Positions 40,150 to 54,483 of a stretch of DNA of 64,000 nucleotides are shown here, piece after piece. The position numbers were made by a program, and so were the translations under genes. How positions within the stretch are numbered: position 1 is the first letter of the stretch; the number at the start of each line of letters is the position of its first letter. The stretch spans positions 268,832,001 through 268,896,000 of the forward strand of contig OZ024742.1 of NCBI GenBank assembly GCA_964016885.1, read 5' to 3'. The stretch is from Eledone cirrhosa (Eukaryota). Under the pieces are notes generated by a model, which had not been told where the DNA came from, ran no database searches, and was given only the letters and a program-made list of their open reading frames with translations.

Positions 40150-43100
40150 TGTTAAGATTGGTATTGATATACAAATGTAAAAAGAGTATAAAAGAAGGAG
40201 AATATCATTTAAAGGCTATTATTAAACACAACTCTATTCTACATACAGTGCCAGAATCCCTTACCTACAGACATTTTATCAACAGAACCTCCACAATAGA
40301 TAATTTATGGTCTCCTCTCCCAACCTGTCCGTTTATAGACAACTGGGAATTAAGCCCAATATGGATCTAGTGTCGGATCATACCAGCATCAAATTTAATA
40401 TTGCAATTCCTATAACCAACGAATATCTGAGCTATTGTCAAAAACATCAAATAAATCCTAAAGTAAGAAAATATCAACTTCAATAAACTGACTAGATTAG
40501 GTATGCTTATTACTGAGAAGTAGCACTATCATCCCACAATAAATTTGACAACGTCCAACAGCTGAAAATCTAAAAACAAGTCTACAAATATTTATCGACA
40601 GCATACATGATGTAATCGCTGAGAAAGTACCTTTTAGGTATCTTGATCAAAATAACAGCATTATTATGACATAGCTGATTGAATAACTAAAAGAAACTGA
40701 GAAGTGAAATGACTCAGTAATGAAACAAAGATAAAAAGAAATACATTTCTAGAGATACAATTCTGAAAAATATACAGAACTAAAGAAACATTTTAAAAGT
40801 CAAATAAAACAATCCAAAAATGATTTCTCGTCTATTAAATCTACCCGGGTGTCCGTGGGCGATATATAGAGTATAGATATTCCAATGATCTAATCCAAAC
40901 CCCTAAGAAGAATCAAGAGCTAATGATACATGACCACAACGGTGAGGTAATGGCAGACACTTCCAAACTCTCTTCGCTATTTTCAGAATCATTTCTTGGC
41001 AGCGCTTCATTTACACAATCCACTGCATATTACGAAGGTTCTGGTCATTTCACTCCAAACGCATATTTCCCTCCCATTATTAAACAAGAACTACTAGCAG
41101 TTAAGGATGAGTTGAAAATGGAAATGAGCACAATCCCCGATAGTATATCCACTTTAATCATTAATGAGACTTGGGTTGTAATACATGAAATAGTACTAAG
41201 CTTATTTAATAGTATATTTAAATTCCAACACCATACAGGTATAGCGATAATACTCATACGTTAGTAATACTAAAACAAAATAAGGATAATTACCAGATCT
41301 TTTAAAACAAAATAAGGATAATTACCAGATCTTTTCAAAGCAATCTGTCTAAAATGCTAGAAAAAATTATAGGCAATAGATTATCGTACGTAGGAGAGTC
41401 AGTGAACATTATCCCCAAATCCCAGTTCGGAATTCGAGTGAATAGAAACACTACGATGAGTGCACATAAAATAAACACAGTCATCAGAAAATCAAAAACT
41501 CTTGGAGAAACGACGAGCTCACAAGACATAAACGGAGTTCATGACAATGTGGTTCATGGCACTCTAGTAAAAAAACTACAATTTAAAATACACAATTATC
41601 TTTGTTGAAAGCTCTCTCTCGTAGTACAAGTCATGTTCTTGGAAAAGGGAATAAAACAAACATATTTACTTTTTAAATGAGCTCATACAGGTTTCACCTG
41701 TTTGACCCATTTTTTTATTGTCTATATTATAAAACAGACCGGTTTACATCTTTAAATATAATTGTAGAAGTATCAGGTATTGCAGAGTATGATAACTTAT
41801 ATACTTCATCTGGTATCATCAACAACAAGAAAACCAAATTATGCACAGCCCGATCAACTGCAACTGAATGAGCAAAGGAAAATGGCCAAAGGTTTGATCG
41901 CCCTAAACACAACTGGCTCATTTCCATAATCCTGACATACCAAATATCAATGCGATGAAATATACTTGATGAACCATTTCTGGTCCCACACAATTCCATT
42001 AAGATACTAGGCATTTGGTTTCAATCTGACTTGAAATGGGAAACTCATCTCAAACACACATTGAAAAAAAAAAAGAAACGTCTTCAGCATGGCATGCAAT
42101 TAAAGTAATCTCAAAGACATTTCATTGCCAAACACACAACCACATTCGACTGTTTAATAAAGGAGTCATGGACGCTGAATTGTTTTATGGCAGATGTGTT
42201 TGGGGACACAGAAGTACTAGCTAACTTCAAGCTATTGAAAGATTCCGTACCCAAATTGGCAAAACCGTACTGGGATATTTAAGATCTACACCGAAGATAG
42301 CGATTTTTCGTTAAGCGGTTTTATCCCCCAACGGACTTAAGGATAGAAGTGTTCAGGAAACGCAAATTGCCAACTGCTCAGTTGAAATGCAAAAGAAAAC
42401 AAGATGGTATTTGGCATTCCTCCTTGTGTAAATCAATTAATTTCTATTTTAAATAATTATTAAAGTCACAAAAGAGGAAGCAAAACTAAATACATAACAT
42501 TATCACACATTTTAACAGCTGGGTCTGCTACACAGACGGGGCTCACTCAGACAATGGAGTGGGTTGTGGAGCTGCTTGGTCTTTCAAAAAACTGCACATT
42601 ATATCCGGATACTACTATACTTGGTGCAGAATGGTGTGGGATTACATTATCCATAGATTCAACTAAGGAAGTGCCCCGAAAAAATGGTTTTCTTTATATT
42701 GATAGTCTATCGAACTTAGAACTGCTTCAGTCAAGAAAAACGGGTTGGATTAGAGATTGAGAACTCTCTTCTAAAAATAGATAATTGCCTCTCAGAAAAC
42801 AATAAAGAAATAGCAGTGGTTTCGGTACCGGGTCATACGGGTATTAGAGAAAATAGGAATGCGGACGAATTATCAAAAGAAGGAGCTCAAAGTGAGATAA
42901 TAGTTATAGACTACATTCCAAATCTTTTGCAGGTTATATCCTTTAGCAAACAAATAATTAGTCAAGAGTGGGAAACGTTTGGGGAGGAATCCACAGATAA
43001 GCTCACTAATTTCAATCCTCCTCTTTCTCAACAATATTTGACAACGTTCAAAATTTGTCAATCATTAAGTAATGCAAATGAAAAAAACAACTATGCTGGT

Positions 43101-43600
43101 TTCAAACTGGACTTCGAACTGGACCTTTGAACTGCATTTTATGAACAGCTCGTAGAGGTTCAACTCTATGTTCTTGTGGTGACTATTCAGAAACACTTTG
43201 TTACTATGTGTTCCAATGTAGAAACTATCAGTGTGAGAGAGAGACCATGTTGAAACCTAATCTGACAAAAACTACAAAGATGGGAAGTTCAATATTTGAT
43301 TACTGATCTACCATGTATAATCAATATCTTTGAGTAATTGGAAGCTACGAAAAAATTAAGAAAAAAGAGAAATTTCTAACTGCTTTACAGCTTACCTTGT
43401 TTTCTCTCTCCTTTTTCGATATTCTTATGCATAATCTGCCTCCCACTTTTTTCTTATTACTTGCTATTACTAGCTCTTTTGATTACAACTGTGCTGAAAA
43501 CTTCTGATTACAATGAATACGGAATACTTCATCTAGTCTGTCATGGCATACTAGCTCTATACGGACATTTAAACTGACTAAATAAATAATAAATAAATAA
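40150..43600 (+). mobile_element. Degenerate I/R1-group LINE with RNase H
   Basis: RT: LEKII.NRL..SQFG.R..DI..HDNV.H. RNase H: YTDG, AE..GI, IDS, VPGHTGIRENRNADELSKEG. C-terminal CSCG..ET....FQC. (TAAA)n tail at ~43578-43600. Confidence 0.85.
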
Positions 43601-44025
43601 AAAATTATGAAGATACGTCCTACTTCTCTTGATGCCTTAGCTGCTGACCGCGGATATTAAAGAACTGTGTAGCACGAAGGTATTAACGAATTTGAAGAAA
43701 CACATCTGGTTCATTTTGGGGACATAAGATCTAACACCAAAGTTCGATCAAACTTTCCATCCTGGTCCACTCAAACGCCATGCTGTCACCTGCACTAATC
43801 GTAACTTGATGTGTAAATCACCATCTTCAATGAAGGTCATTCACAGCACGACCGTTAAAACTGCAATAAGAAAACTGTTGAACAGTCATATTTCGAAGTC
43901 CGAAGGCTGGGCCCATCACACACACACAAACACATACACACACATATACACACGCACACACGCACACACATACGCACACGCACGCACACACACACACACA
44001 CATACACACACACACTCACACACAC

Positions 44026-44084
<59 letters not shown>

Positions 44085-44162
44085 GCTGACCGTGATGCTA
44101 AGGGGGTTTGGCTGGCTTTTGTGTTCAGCAACCTTATATATATATATGTGTGTGTGTGTGAG

Positions 44163-44200
<38 letters not shown>

Positions 44201-44205
<5 letters not shown>

Positions 44206-44344
44206 GTGGTTACACAACAGGATACGCTAAGGTGAAACAATTGTTCTCGGTATGGTGAACTAACTGTTGTGTAACCACTTCTACATAACTCGTCCCATGG
44301 ACTGAGTGCTCTACCACTACGGATATCGCCTTGCAATGTTATAC

Positions 44345-44350
<6 letters not shown>
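44201..44350 (+). repeat. Short pseudo-LTR end with 20-bp fold-back (44201-44220 / 44264-44283) and 3' half of a hammerhead
   Basis: GGT-GAAA-CAATTG-TT-CTCGG. Same family as 26333 and 53300. Confidence 0.75.
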
Positions 44351-44390
<40 letters not shown>

Positions 44391-45217
44391 CAATACTACT
44401 GTCTCTCACTCATAAGTTTGAACTGCCGGCTCCACCTCCTCCCCTCTCTCTCACAGATTGCTCTACCATCTCCAACCTCTCTTCCTACCCCTTGGACTTG
44501 ACCACTTTCACCCTTTCCTGTTGCGCGTGCCCCATAACATTCCAGAACCCCGTGGCCAATTTATTCAACACTACTACAAGGGGTCTACCGCTTGGATATC
44601 GTCGTGATTTTACCTTTGGAATTGTACCATCTACATACATACACAGCGACATCGATTCAGTAACTAACACACACACTTGCACCATTTTCAAAACACACGC
44701 AACTATACATTTCCCATGAAGCCACATAATCGTCTCTTCACCACACAACACCCCACACACACACGTGCACATCTTCACATTCAACCACACTCCATACAAC
44801 ACCGCCTCCGGATCCTGCATGATCTCCCCTCACAACATCCGACCCTTTTCCATTTACACGCACACGCACACACACACTCTCAGACGCCTACACCCAAACA
44901 TGGACTATACACTCACTGACATACACTCCACTGCAACACACACAATGGTTTTTCAAAACCCACAATCACGTACACCCGCACTTCCCCACACTCACACACT
45001 TACATCCACGCAAACACACACACTGGGACTCAATTTTTTCTCCCCCCTCTCTCTCACACTCCACTCACCCCTCACCCACACCCCGCACGTGCCGTCCTGG
45101 AATCATACACCCGTCTCACTTTTTGATATTCTGTTTTCTTATAAATGTTATATTCCACTTCATGTCCCATTTCCATTTTTTTTTATTGCTATTTTGTTCA
45201 CCCTAACTCCTCCCACA

Positions 45218-45250
45218 CTCCCGATGAAGGGCTTATGCCCGAAATGTCGC
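45218..45250 (+). ncRNA. Degenerate minimal PLE-type hammerhead
   Basis: CCGATGA-AGGGC-TTAT-GCCC-GAAA-TGTC, near the 3' end of a PLE-like segment (44390-45350). Confidence 0.45.
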
Positions 45251-45509
45251 CACCACATCACTCCTCCGCAAGCTTCAACCTAATAATATTTATGACATAT
45301 ACTCATGCGTTTGTTAGTATTCTTTTTGTTTTCCGTTATTCCGAACTATATACATACATACATAAATAGATACATACATAACTGCATATACACATATATA
45401 GATACTAAGCATATACACATGCACACATACAACTCAAAACATACACATCCACACATACAATAAATCAAATCTACACATGCATACATATCTATCTAGTTGA
45501 TGTTGTGTA

Positions 45510-46187
45510 AATTCTATGTTAGAAACTGAAAAAAAGGGTTCAGTACTATAAGAACACGCCAGACAACAACACGACAGTAACATAGACAACATAGAACTTA
45601 AAATAATATCTAAACATAGGAATGACCCAGCAGCTAGACAAATCAGTGAGGCAAGCGAAATAGTGCTTAGAAGGCCAAAGCTAAACAGAAAGAATGAATG
45701 GAATAACAACAAAACCCAAACAAACAATACTGACTGAAGAGAATATAAATAAATAAATAAATAAATAAATAAATATATACACAAGCACAATAACAACAAA
45801 CACATATAAGAACACACTAGTAAACTAAGATAGAATATAATAACCAAAATTCAGTCATTCAAACGCGAACACACACCAAACACTATGCAAGAAGACAACA
45901 AAAAATAATAAGTAAATAAATAAACATATAAAATAATGATGGCGTAGACATACAATACAACAGGAGGAACATAATAGCACCACTGACGTTGTTGCAGATG
46001 TGCAACGTAAGATGTTTGTTAGACTATATATATATGTGTTTATATCTATATTATATCTGTATTTTTGACAGTTGATCAGTCAATGGTAAACATTGAGGAC
46101 CTAATGAATTAACTGATATAAAAGATACAGAAGCGAAAACCAACCAAACAGTGAATGCGTTCTGTTATTAATTCTGGCAATATTATT

Positions 46188-46195
<8 letters not shown>
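45510..46195 (+). mobile_element. PLE 3' fragment (GIY-YIG C-terminus and pseudo-LTR)
   Basis: SVL*EHARQQH..IELKIISKHRNDPAARQISEASEI..PKLNRKNEW. Confidence 0.8.
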
Positions 46196-46273
<78 letters not shown>

Positions 46274-46853
46274 TACGAGCATTTATGTAGTTTGTATTAG
46301 AATTTATGTATTGTAGCGGTACTCTTTCGGGATTCTGAATTATTATTTCGTATTAGTTTTTTTTATTTTTTAGTATTTTGGACTGTCATTGTAAGATAGA
46401 TTTGGCCGATTACTCCTAACTCATAAAATTATTTCACTACAATCTAGTATTTAGTATTCCGTCCCACCTATTAAACTTTTCTATAGTTTAGCAGTACCAG
46501 TGAGAGATTTGATGATTGTGGTAGGGGAATAGTACCAGAAATTGTGATTTTTTATATTTTTAACATTGTTATTTTTTCTATATATTTACGCCATATAGAT
46601 TTACTTATTGTTTCCACTTCCTCCCCCCTCCCCCTCTCTAGTATACTTCTCTTGACCTCTATTATCCTTAGGATTCTGCTGTAGTTGTCACTTTCAACGC
46701 ACGACTGGGTTTCCTCCACTCCCTCTCCCTCTTCCTTCTACTGGCAAGTTCAGCTACCCCTCCTTTCCATAAAATGCCATGATAGAATTATGTGTCTCAA
46801 CAACAAACCTTTGACCAATCCTTGTGACAATCACTTTTACCATATATGGAATT

Positions 46854-46947
46854 ACCCCCTGAGAAGCTCGGCTATTCATTTACCAGGATAAACTTTTCAT
46901 TTAGTCCAGAATTAGCCGTCGAAACGGCTTGAGCTGAGCCGTCGGGT
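46854..46947 (+). ncRNA. Type I hammerhead with damaged CUGANGA box
   Basis: ACCCC-CTGAGAA-..CGGCTA...TAGCCGTC-GAAA-CGGCT(tgagctg)AGCCG-TC-GGGT. Confidence 0.6.
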
Positions 46948-47039
46948 TCCTATTCGTTCCTATTACCCACTCTACTACCCTAAGTATTGAGTACTTTGGT
47001 GCGTTATGGTCCATCTGGTTCCTTAGCACATTTCCTTCG

Positions 47040-47157
<118 letters not shown>

Positions 47158-47164
47158 TAATATC

Positions 47165-47220
<56 letters not shown>

Positions 47221-47244
47221 CTTAACCTTTTAACATCATTATAT

Positions 47245-47295
47245 TTTTGTCTGATGAGGACGTACTGTTGTACCTCTGAAATATATATAAGAACA
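47245..47295 (+). ncRNA. Hammerhead core with shortened stem II; stem I disrupted
   Basis: CTGATGA-GGACGTAC-TGTT-GTACCTCT-GAAA-TATATA-TA. Family of 5847-5909. Confidence 0.55.
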
Positions 47296-47434
47296 TCTAT
47301 TTTATTAATATTTGTATTTTAATATACATATATATATATATATATATATTTGTTTACTCTCATCCGGGAACAGTTTTGTATGGCGCCAGTTTGTGATTTG
47401 AAATCGGGAAGTTTATATTCTCCGAGAGAGAAGA

Positions 47435-47518
47435 GCCTTCTGACGAGATTCCCCTTCTCAATTGAAATCCGCTTGGATTATCCGTTTATTTTGGGATTCG
47501 ACACCGAGCGGTAAAGGC
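47435..47518 (+). ncRNA. Type I hammerhead, GAAA mutated to GACA
   Basis: GCCTT-CTGACGA-GATTCCC...GGGATTC-GACA-CCGAGCGG-TA-AAGGC. Confidence 0.7.
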
Positions 47519-47545
47519 ACATATTGTAAATACAGCGAACTATAG

Positions 47546-47588
<43 letters not shown>

Positions 47589-48119
47589 CGGTAATATTAA
47601 ATATTATCCAGTTACATGTACGTATATTACAGAGCCGAACATACTTTATAAATAACAATTAAATAGTGTTTAAAACATTTAATCACTTACGATCGTATTA
47701 TCCGCTATCATCGGAGTATATAATAAAGGTTAAAACACAAATATAATATCAGAAGTGTGTTATCATAATTTTAGGAGGCTACATAATATGGGAGGGAAGC
47801 ATAAGTATCACCATTTATATAACATAAGATAGCAAAGGCGAAAGAATCATATGAAACATATGCGCATATAAAACCAATAAAATAAACTTAGGAACAGCTA
47901 AAAGCATTAAAAGTTGTTTTTTTTAAATGCTGTTATAGGGAAACATGCTGCGATAGGAAGGGTAAGTATATTACAAGACATATATTTATTAGTAAATAAA
48001 CATATATCATAAGCATTACAAATGTTTATTAAGTTAATAAGAGCAGGTGTGCAGTTCATATATAAATTTAAAAATATATAAATACATCTCCAAAAGATAT
48101 TTTCAATAATGGATATAAA

Positions 48120-48258
48120 AATGCTTGTATTTTTATGATCTGAGTTCAAATCCCGCCGAAGTTAACTTTGCCTTTCATCCTAACGGGGTCGATAAAATAA
48201 AGTACCAGTAATGTACTGGATAATTGCTGGCCTTGGGCCAAAATTAGAAACAACAATT
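48120..48258 (+). mobile_element. SINE, 5'-truncated
   Basis: B-box and body match 410-594. Confidence 0.85.
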
Positions 48259-48279
48259 TGTCAAACCATTCAAGGGTAA

Positions 48280-48400
48280 TAATTGTTTCTACTTTTGGCA
48301 CAAGGACAGCAATTATCCCAGTGCGATACTGGTGCTTTGTTTTATCGACCCCGTAAGGATGAAAGGCAAAGTTAACCTCGGCGAGATTTGAACTCAGACC
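48280..48400 (-). mobile_element. SINE, 5'-truncated
   Basis: Reverse complement of the SINE body. Confidence 0.85.
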
Positions 48401-48473
48401 GTGAATAATTATACTCAGCAAAATAAAGATCAAATATAGGTTGAAATGCTAGTATTATTAATCAAACAATTGA

Positions 48474-48625
48474 CGTTGGATTGGCAGTATCGATAGAGGG
48501 TCAGACGCCATGCTTTGCAGCATAGTGTTACGGTCATTTACGGTCGAAGTTAAAATCCCGGGGAGGTTAACTTTGCCTTTCATCCTTACGGTGTCGATAA
48601 AATAAAGCACCATTAACGTACTGCC
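48474..48625 (+). mobile_element. SINE, 3'-truncated
   Basis: A-box, degenerate B-box, body. Confidence 0.8.
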
Positions 48626-48670
48626 TATATAACATACTGCCTATATAAAAATCATTATTAATCAAACCAA

Positions 48671-48841
48671 GGGCGGTGGATTGGCAGTATCGGTAGAGCG
48701 TTCAAGCATAGATACGTCCCCTTACAGTCTGAGTTCAAATTCCGCCGAGGTTGACTTTGCTTTCATCCTTACGGGGTCGATAAAATAAAGTACCAGTAAC
48801 GTACTGGGTTAATTGCTGGCCTTGTGCCAAAAGTAGAAACA
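48671..48841 (+). mobile_element. SINE with 17-bp flanking direct repeat
   Basis: ATTATTAATCAAACCAA at 48654-48670 and 48842-48858. Confidence 0.88.
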
Positions 48842-49112
48842 ATTATTAATCAAACCAATCAAAGGAATTTATGTTGAGTAATTATAATCAGCAAATTAAA
48901 TATCCTATATAGATTAAGTGTTATCATCAGAAAAAGCACCACATATTTGAATAGAGGGGAGACAGTCATATATACTTAAGCATAAATAACTCCATCTTAA
49001 CATAGAATTTGAAAAGTTATCCTCAACTGACGGTTGATACAAATTAAAAAATTAAGGGAGGTAATTCATATACGACATTTTATAAGAGAATTACAAATTA
49101 TTAAATGGAAAA

Positions 49113-51253
49113 CACATAAATCTGGAGCCTGGAATATTACGTGATTTTGTCTGCTAAATTCAAAGATTAATTCCGTTTTGCTCTATCAAGTCTAGCTTTC
49201 TGACTAGACATGATAGAGTAAGTATTTTATTCATACAAGTGGCATATAATATAAATCAATAAAGAGAGCGTAACACAAAACAAAACAAAGTACAAATAAA
49301 AATTCAAAATTGAAAATGCACATTGGCAAAGATTTTTGGCAGAAAATTCAAGGAATAAATTTTCGCTTGTTTGTGCACCGTGAATGTTGAGCAACAGGAG
49401 TATCTCGTTTTAAACACAGCCATCATCACAGGGTCCCAACGTCATTTGTACCGAGTTTCCATCTCCTTGATGTCCTGATACAATCGTTCACCTTGTTCAT
49501 CGCTATAATCTCCGAGATTTTCAAGAAAACGATCAAGATGACTAAAAAGATAATGCATGTTTATGCTCATATTCGCGACAATATAACGAAAAGTTAATAT
49601 CAAGTTGGTAACAATGTATTTATTGTTCTCACTTTTCTATTACCAAGGAAATGTTGCACTACTGCTGCAAAGACTAGCCAAGCTGATGCTTCATTTTCGC
49701 TCAACGTTTTCACGAAATTCGAGTCCTACAAGAGCTTACGGATCTGTGGTCCATCACATATCCTTGTTTTAGGTTTTTCGATCGTCAAGTCTGAAAATAC
49801 ACTACAGATATACTTGAAGCACTACCCATTTTTGTCAAGAGCTTTTACGAATTGCTGGATCAATCTGAGTTTGATGTACACAGGGTGGGAAATGATCTTA
49901 TCTCGCTCAACTAAAGGTTCTTCCAATACATTGGCAGCTCTACATGGAGCCATATATTTTTGAGGCGACCAGTCTTTCTTAACATAGTGGGTTACATGGT
50001 CTTTACTTTCCCACAAGCAAAGAAAGCATGGGTATTCGGTATAACCAGATTGCTCTCCTATGAGAAAATTCACTATCTTTAAGTCAACGCTTATGACCCA
50101 ATTATGATCAAGATACAGTATACTCTCTAAAACCAACTTAGTTTCTTCATACATTTCCTTCAGTGTTGTTGAGTAGCCGAGTGTGACAGAGTCATACACA
50201 TTTCCGTTGTGCAACAATACACATTTTTAACTACGTTTAGAGCTGTCTAGGAAAAGAAATCCCTTCCGCTGTTTTGTATTCCTCAATGCTAAGTTTATTA
50301 AGAAGCTCACTGATATATCTGCATTAAACCAGCTCTTCCTCTTTTGTGAAGAAACAAAGGAAATCTTGATGCCGACTCTGGTAAAATGTTATACGGAAAC
50401 CATTCTCTAGAATATTCTTCTCTTTCAGTCGGGAAGCCAACAGTTCTGTAGAATTTTTTGGGAGGTTCAAGTCACGAACTAGATCATTCAGCTCTACCTG
50501 GGAGAATAACTGAGGTAATGTCTCAACTGAAAAGTCTTGATCTGTAGTGTCATCTTCAGCTGATGAATTTTCTTTGGTATAGGGTAATGTTATCTGAGGC
50601 AAGATATTGATGACAGGAACAGGAAGCTCTTCACTGTGTCGAACCGGTCTAATAGCAGAGGGAAATTTAGGATAGACAAGCGTTTGTAGATTTTTCTGGT
50701 TAATACCCTTGAAAATTAGGTTACAAAAATAGCAGTCGTCCACATGATTATCGGGCTCCCTCCATACCATTGGCATAGCAAACCTCATACTTTTGCTTGT
50801 CACTTTAATCCATTGTTGCAAATGTTCTGAACATTGTTTGCATACACTCTGCGGTCTCCAATATTTATCTTGGTCTCCCACTTGACCGCAAAATACGCTC
50901 ATTCAACAAAATCAGTGATGTTTTTTCGATTTTCACGTAATGTGTATTATCCACAAACATAACAAAACACATTAGGAGAATTAACGCAACACTTTCTTGA
51001 AGAGGACATCTTGGTCAATTTCTATTGCTTAGTTCACCACAACATCTAAAAAGTATGGTAAAAGAAAAATATTAGAATGAGGCAACGAAACTCCGTACTG
51101 GACGTACATACACACATAGTGACTATAGGGATTTTTAATAACTTAAAAACTATATCTGTTAGGTCAAAAGAATGTTATATTTGGAATCGGGAGACCGATT
51201 TTTTATAGGAATGATGTCCATTTCCTAAACACCAAAAGCCTTGTAGATCAGTG
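49113..51253 (-). mobile_element. Chapaev3-type (CMC superfamily) DNA transposon with pseudogenised transposase
   Basis: ATG at 51009: C..SPNVFCYVCG; GDQDKYW.P..VC..C; PMVWREP..H..DCYFC; ELNDLVRDLNL; DSSKRS; VDLK; CFLCLW; GPQIRKL; SDEQGER..QD. CACTG terminus at 51253; left end approximate. Confidence 0.88.
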
Positions 51254-51732
51254 TAATTAGTAATTCAAGATGTAACGATTTAAAAAATCTATTTAGGGCT
51301 AATGATTATAGTATTTACAAAATACAAATAAATAATGTTTTCAATAAATACTAAAATATTATGTATTATTTAAAAATTATATACATATATTAAATATCAA
51401 ATGATAAAGAATTATACTAGTTAATTAAATATTTATTGAAAATATACTACAAAAAAATAGAGAGTGAGGCAATGGTTGATAAACATTATAATGTTAGTAA
51501 AATATAAAATCAAATATAAGTGGGGCTTATTAACAATAATAAAGTAAGATAATAAAATATGATGCCTAAATGTGAAGGGGTGGTTATAATAAATTATAAT
51601 AAAACCGAAGAGTGTAATAAGATTCCTGAAATAAATAATTTCAACGTGATCAGGTGATGAGATTTGTTACTTTTATAGCAAATATGCTTTCATATCATCG
51701 GATTCCGCGTGGCATTCTAGAAGAGCTACTAA

Positions 51733-51866
<134 letters not shown>

Positions 51867-51893
51867 TACATACACACACAAACACACACACAA

Positions 51894-51940
<47 letters not shown>

Positions 51941-51970
51941 TACACACACACACAGACATACATACATATA

Positions 51971-52281
51971 TGTTGAACAATGAAAACAAGATTAGTGCAT
52001 AATGAGTTAATCGTTTTACGATCGTTTCAGAAGACTGATTGATCAGGATAATTTGATACAGTGAAAAATTGATAGCAATCATTGTTTCAGGGGAAGACAG
52101 TTGGATGGATCTGGTGTATCGAGACTAATTATGTAGGGTTCCATAACTATTATCAATTAGTCACTATGTCGCATTATCATGATCAAATCGAATTATTATG
52201 ATCAATCAACTTTCTGAAACGATCGTAAGCGCTATATTGATTAAGCACTAATCTTCGCCTTTTGTTTTCATTGTTCAACAC
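51971..52281. repeat. Fold-back element (arms ~51971-52060 / 52185-52281) with hammerhead 3' half
   Basis: TGTTGAACAATGAAAACAA termini inverted. GAAA-CGATCG-TA on both strands. Confidence 0.7.
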
Positions 52282-53093
52282 ACGAACACACCCACACACA
52301 TCCACATCTCCACAATTATAGTGGCACAATTAATATTTGCACAATTTAAGTTGCGAAACTTTAATTATCTCCTTTCACTTACCATTTCGTTCTCTTTTGT
52401 CTCTTCTCTTTCTGCATTTCATTCACGTAAACTGTCACTCACAGCAGTTTCCGCCTCTCTTTCCCGTGACCACACCAGTCGCTTTCGTATTCAAATGTCG
52501 AGCGCAAGCCTCGCCTACTATTCTTTCACTAGTAAAAGCTCTTACTCTCTCGTGACAACATTTTTTATGACTATCTATATTTCTTTTTCTGGATTCTTTT
52601 AATTTTGAGGTTTCTTAGGTCACATTATTTTCAATATTCAAACTTTCTTTTCTGATAAATTGTTCTACTGATAACCTCACCACTATTTCTCTCTCACTAA
52701 CTCCATAATGCCTTCTGACATTATTTCTTCGTTACATTATATTTTACATTCAAAGAAAACATTTTTCTTCGCATAACTATTCTTTATAGCAGCCGCGAGT
52801 TTTATATACTCAATATCTTGAATACCTTGTTTCTGGACATGGATTTGGTTCCTTTGGTCGGAATACTCGCATCCGGTATATTCGTTCTTTTATTATTTTT
52901 TTTGCTATTCATAACATCGTAACAGTAGTTCCTTACTCACTTCTAATAATGATCTAGTACGAAGAACGGGATTCATACATATACTACAATTTATGGCTGT
53001 AGAAGCGAGCATATTTTCTTTTGTTCAAAAACTTAAGCGATTTTCTTTTCGTTGCTGTTATTATTCTATATTATTCTATATTATTCTATATTA

Positions 53094-53155
53094 AAGTACC
53101 AGTAATGCACTGGGTATTTGCTGGCCTTGTGCCTGAAGTAGAAACAGTTATTATT
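53094..53155 (+). mobile_element. SINE 3' fragment
   Basis: AAAGTACCAGTAATGCACTGG..GCTGGCCTTGTGCC..GTAGAAACA. Confidence 0.75.
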
Positions 53156-53297
53156 CTATATTACATTGATAAGAAACACAAACAAACACAACACCTACAC
53201 ATACACTTGCACCCCCCCCCCCCATATCGCACTGACCCACAGACAAACACACACACTCATACACACACACACACACACACACACGTATATATATATA

Positions 53298-54285
53298 ACA
53301 ACAGTTAGTTCACCATACCGAAAACAATTGTTTCACCTCAGGCGGACCTTCAGGTCGGACTTGTCATGGTTATACGGAACAGGAAGAACAACCGTATGAA
53401 CGTGCATGCGCAGAAACGGTCACTTCACCCAAGCGATACAAAACCACGGGCGAAAGGTGTAAGGGAAATAACTGCGAAAATCCAGAATAAAAAGTTGGAG
53501 TTGATTAGAACATTTGAATGCTGTTATTCATTCCGGAGCTTTGTAGTTGTGTAAAAGGTGTTTCCAGACATGTGGACAACGTGAGACAATTTCATTTCTT
53601 GAATTTAGGCAATCGCTATTGCGTAATCTCCTTAGAATATTTATCCTTTCTTCAATACACAGTCAACAAGACGGATTGTCCCGTGCTTATGGCTTGGACC
53701 CAGTGATAACTTTCCATTGAATGAAGTAGTCTATTCCTGAGGCTTTTACCGACTATAAGTGGCTCGCGATCTTCGTGGATGATCGTTTATCCGGGTACCA
53801 AAAGGTCAACTGATGGTTCAGGAAGTGTTCTTTAAATCGGCGTTCCGCATACCCACATAGAATTTGACCTCCTGTGCTTGATTTGGTCGGTTGGAAGTGA
53901 CCACAGCTTCATACACTATAGCTGGTGTGTTGCATTGCCGTTGAAGGGGAGAAGCCTCAGGCTTTCGGCAAGAGCATCCCGCTCTTAGGACTGTTGGTGA
54001 TGTGGGTGTTCATATTCTTAGCGCAGGAATACCTTAGATTTACTCTGTTTCTGTTAAAAATGGACCGGATTTTGTGAGCTATGTGAAAGTGTCTATCTAA
54101 GAGGGCTACATTTTATTTCCTACATTAGTTTTAAAGTTGAGTGAGAAGAGAGGAGAGAACTAGATAGTTTGTCTATTGGTACGATTTATTTTCACATTCC
54201 TGTTGTTGTTACTAACTGTTGTGTTATTACTTCTACCAAACTCGTCCCATGGACTGAGTGCTCTGCCACTACGGATATTACCGCC
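53298..54285 (-). mobile_element. 5'-truncated Penelope-clade PLE with 3' pseudo-LTR (HHR 53318-53358) and inverted 5' pseudo-LTR piece (54212-54285)
   Basis: LLDRHF..HKIRSIFNRNRVNLRYSCAKNM; CSCRK...PLQRQCNTPAIVYEAVV...FYVGM..FKEHF.NH. HHR CCGAC-CTGAAGG-TCC..GGT-GAAA-CAATTG-TT-TTCGG. Confidence 0.85.
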
Positions 54286-54338
54286 TATGTATATATATAT
54301 ATGCACATAGAGAGAGAGCGAGAGAGAGAGAGAAAGTG

Positions 54339-54469
<131 letters not shown>

Positions 54470-54483
54470 TTCTTATGTGTAAT

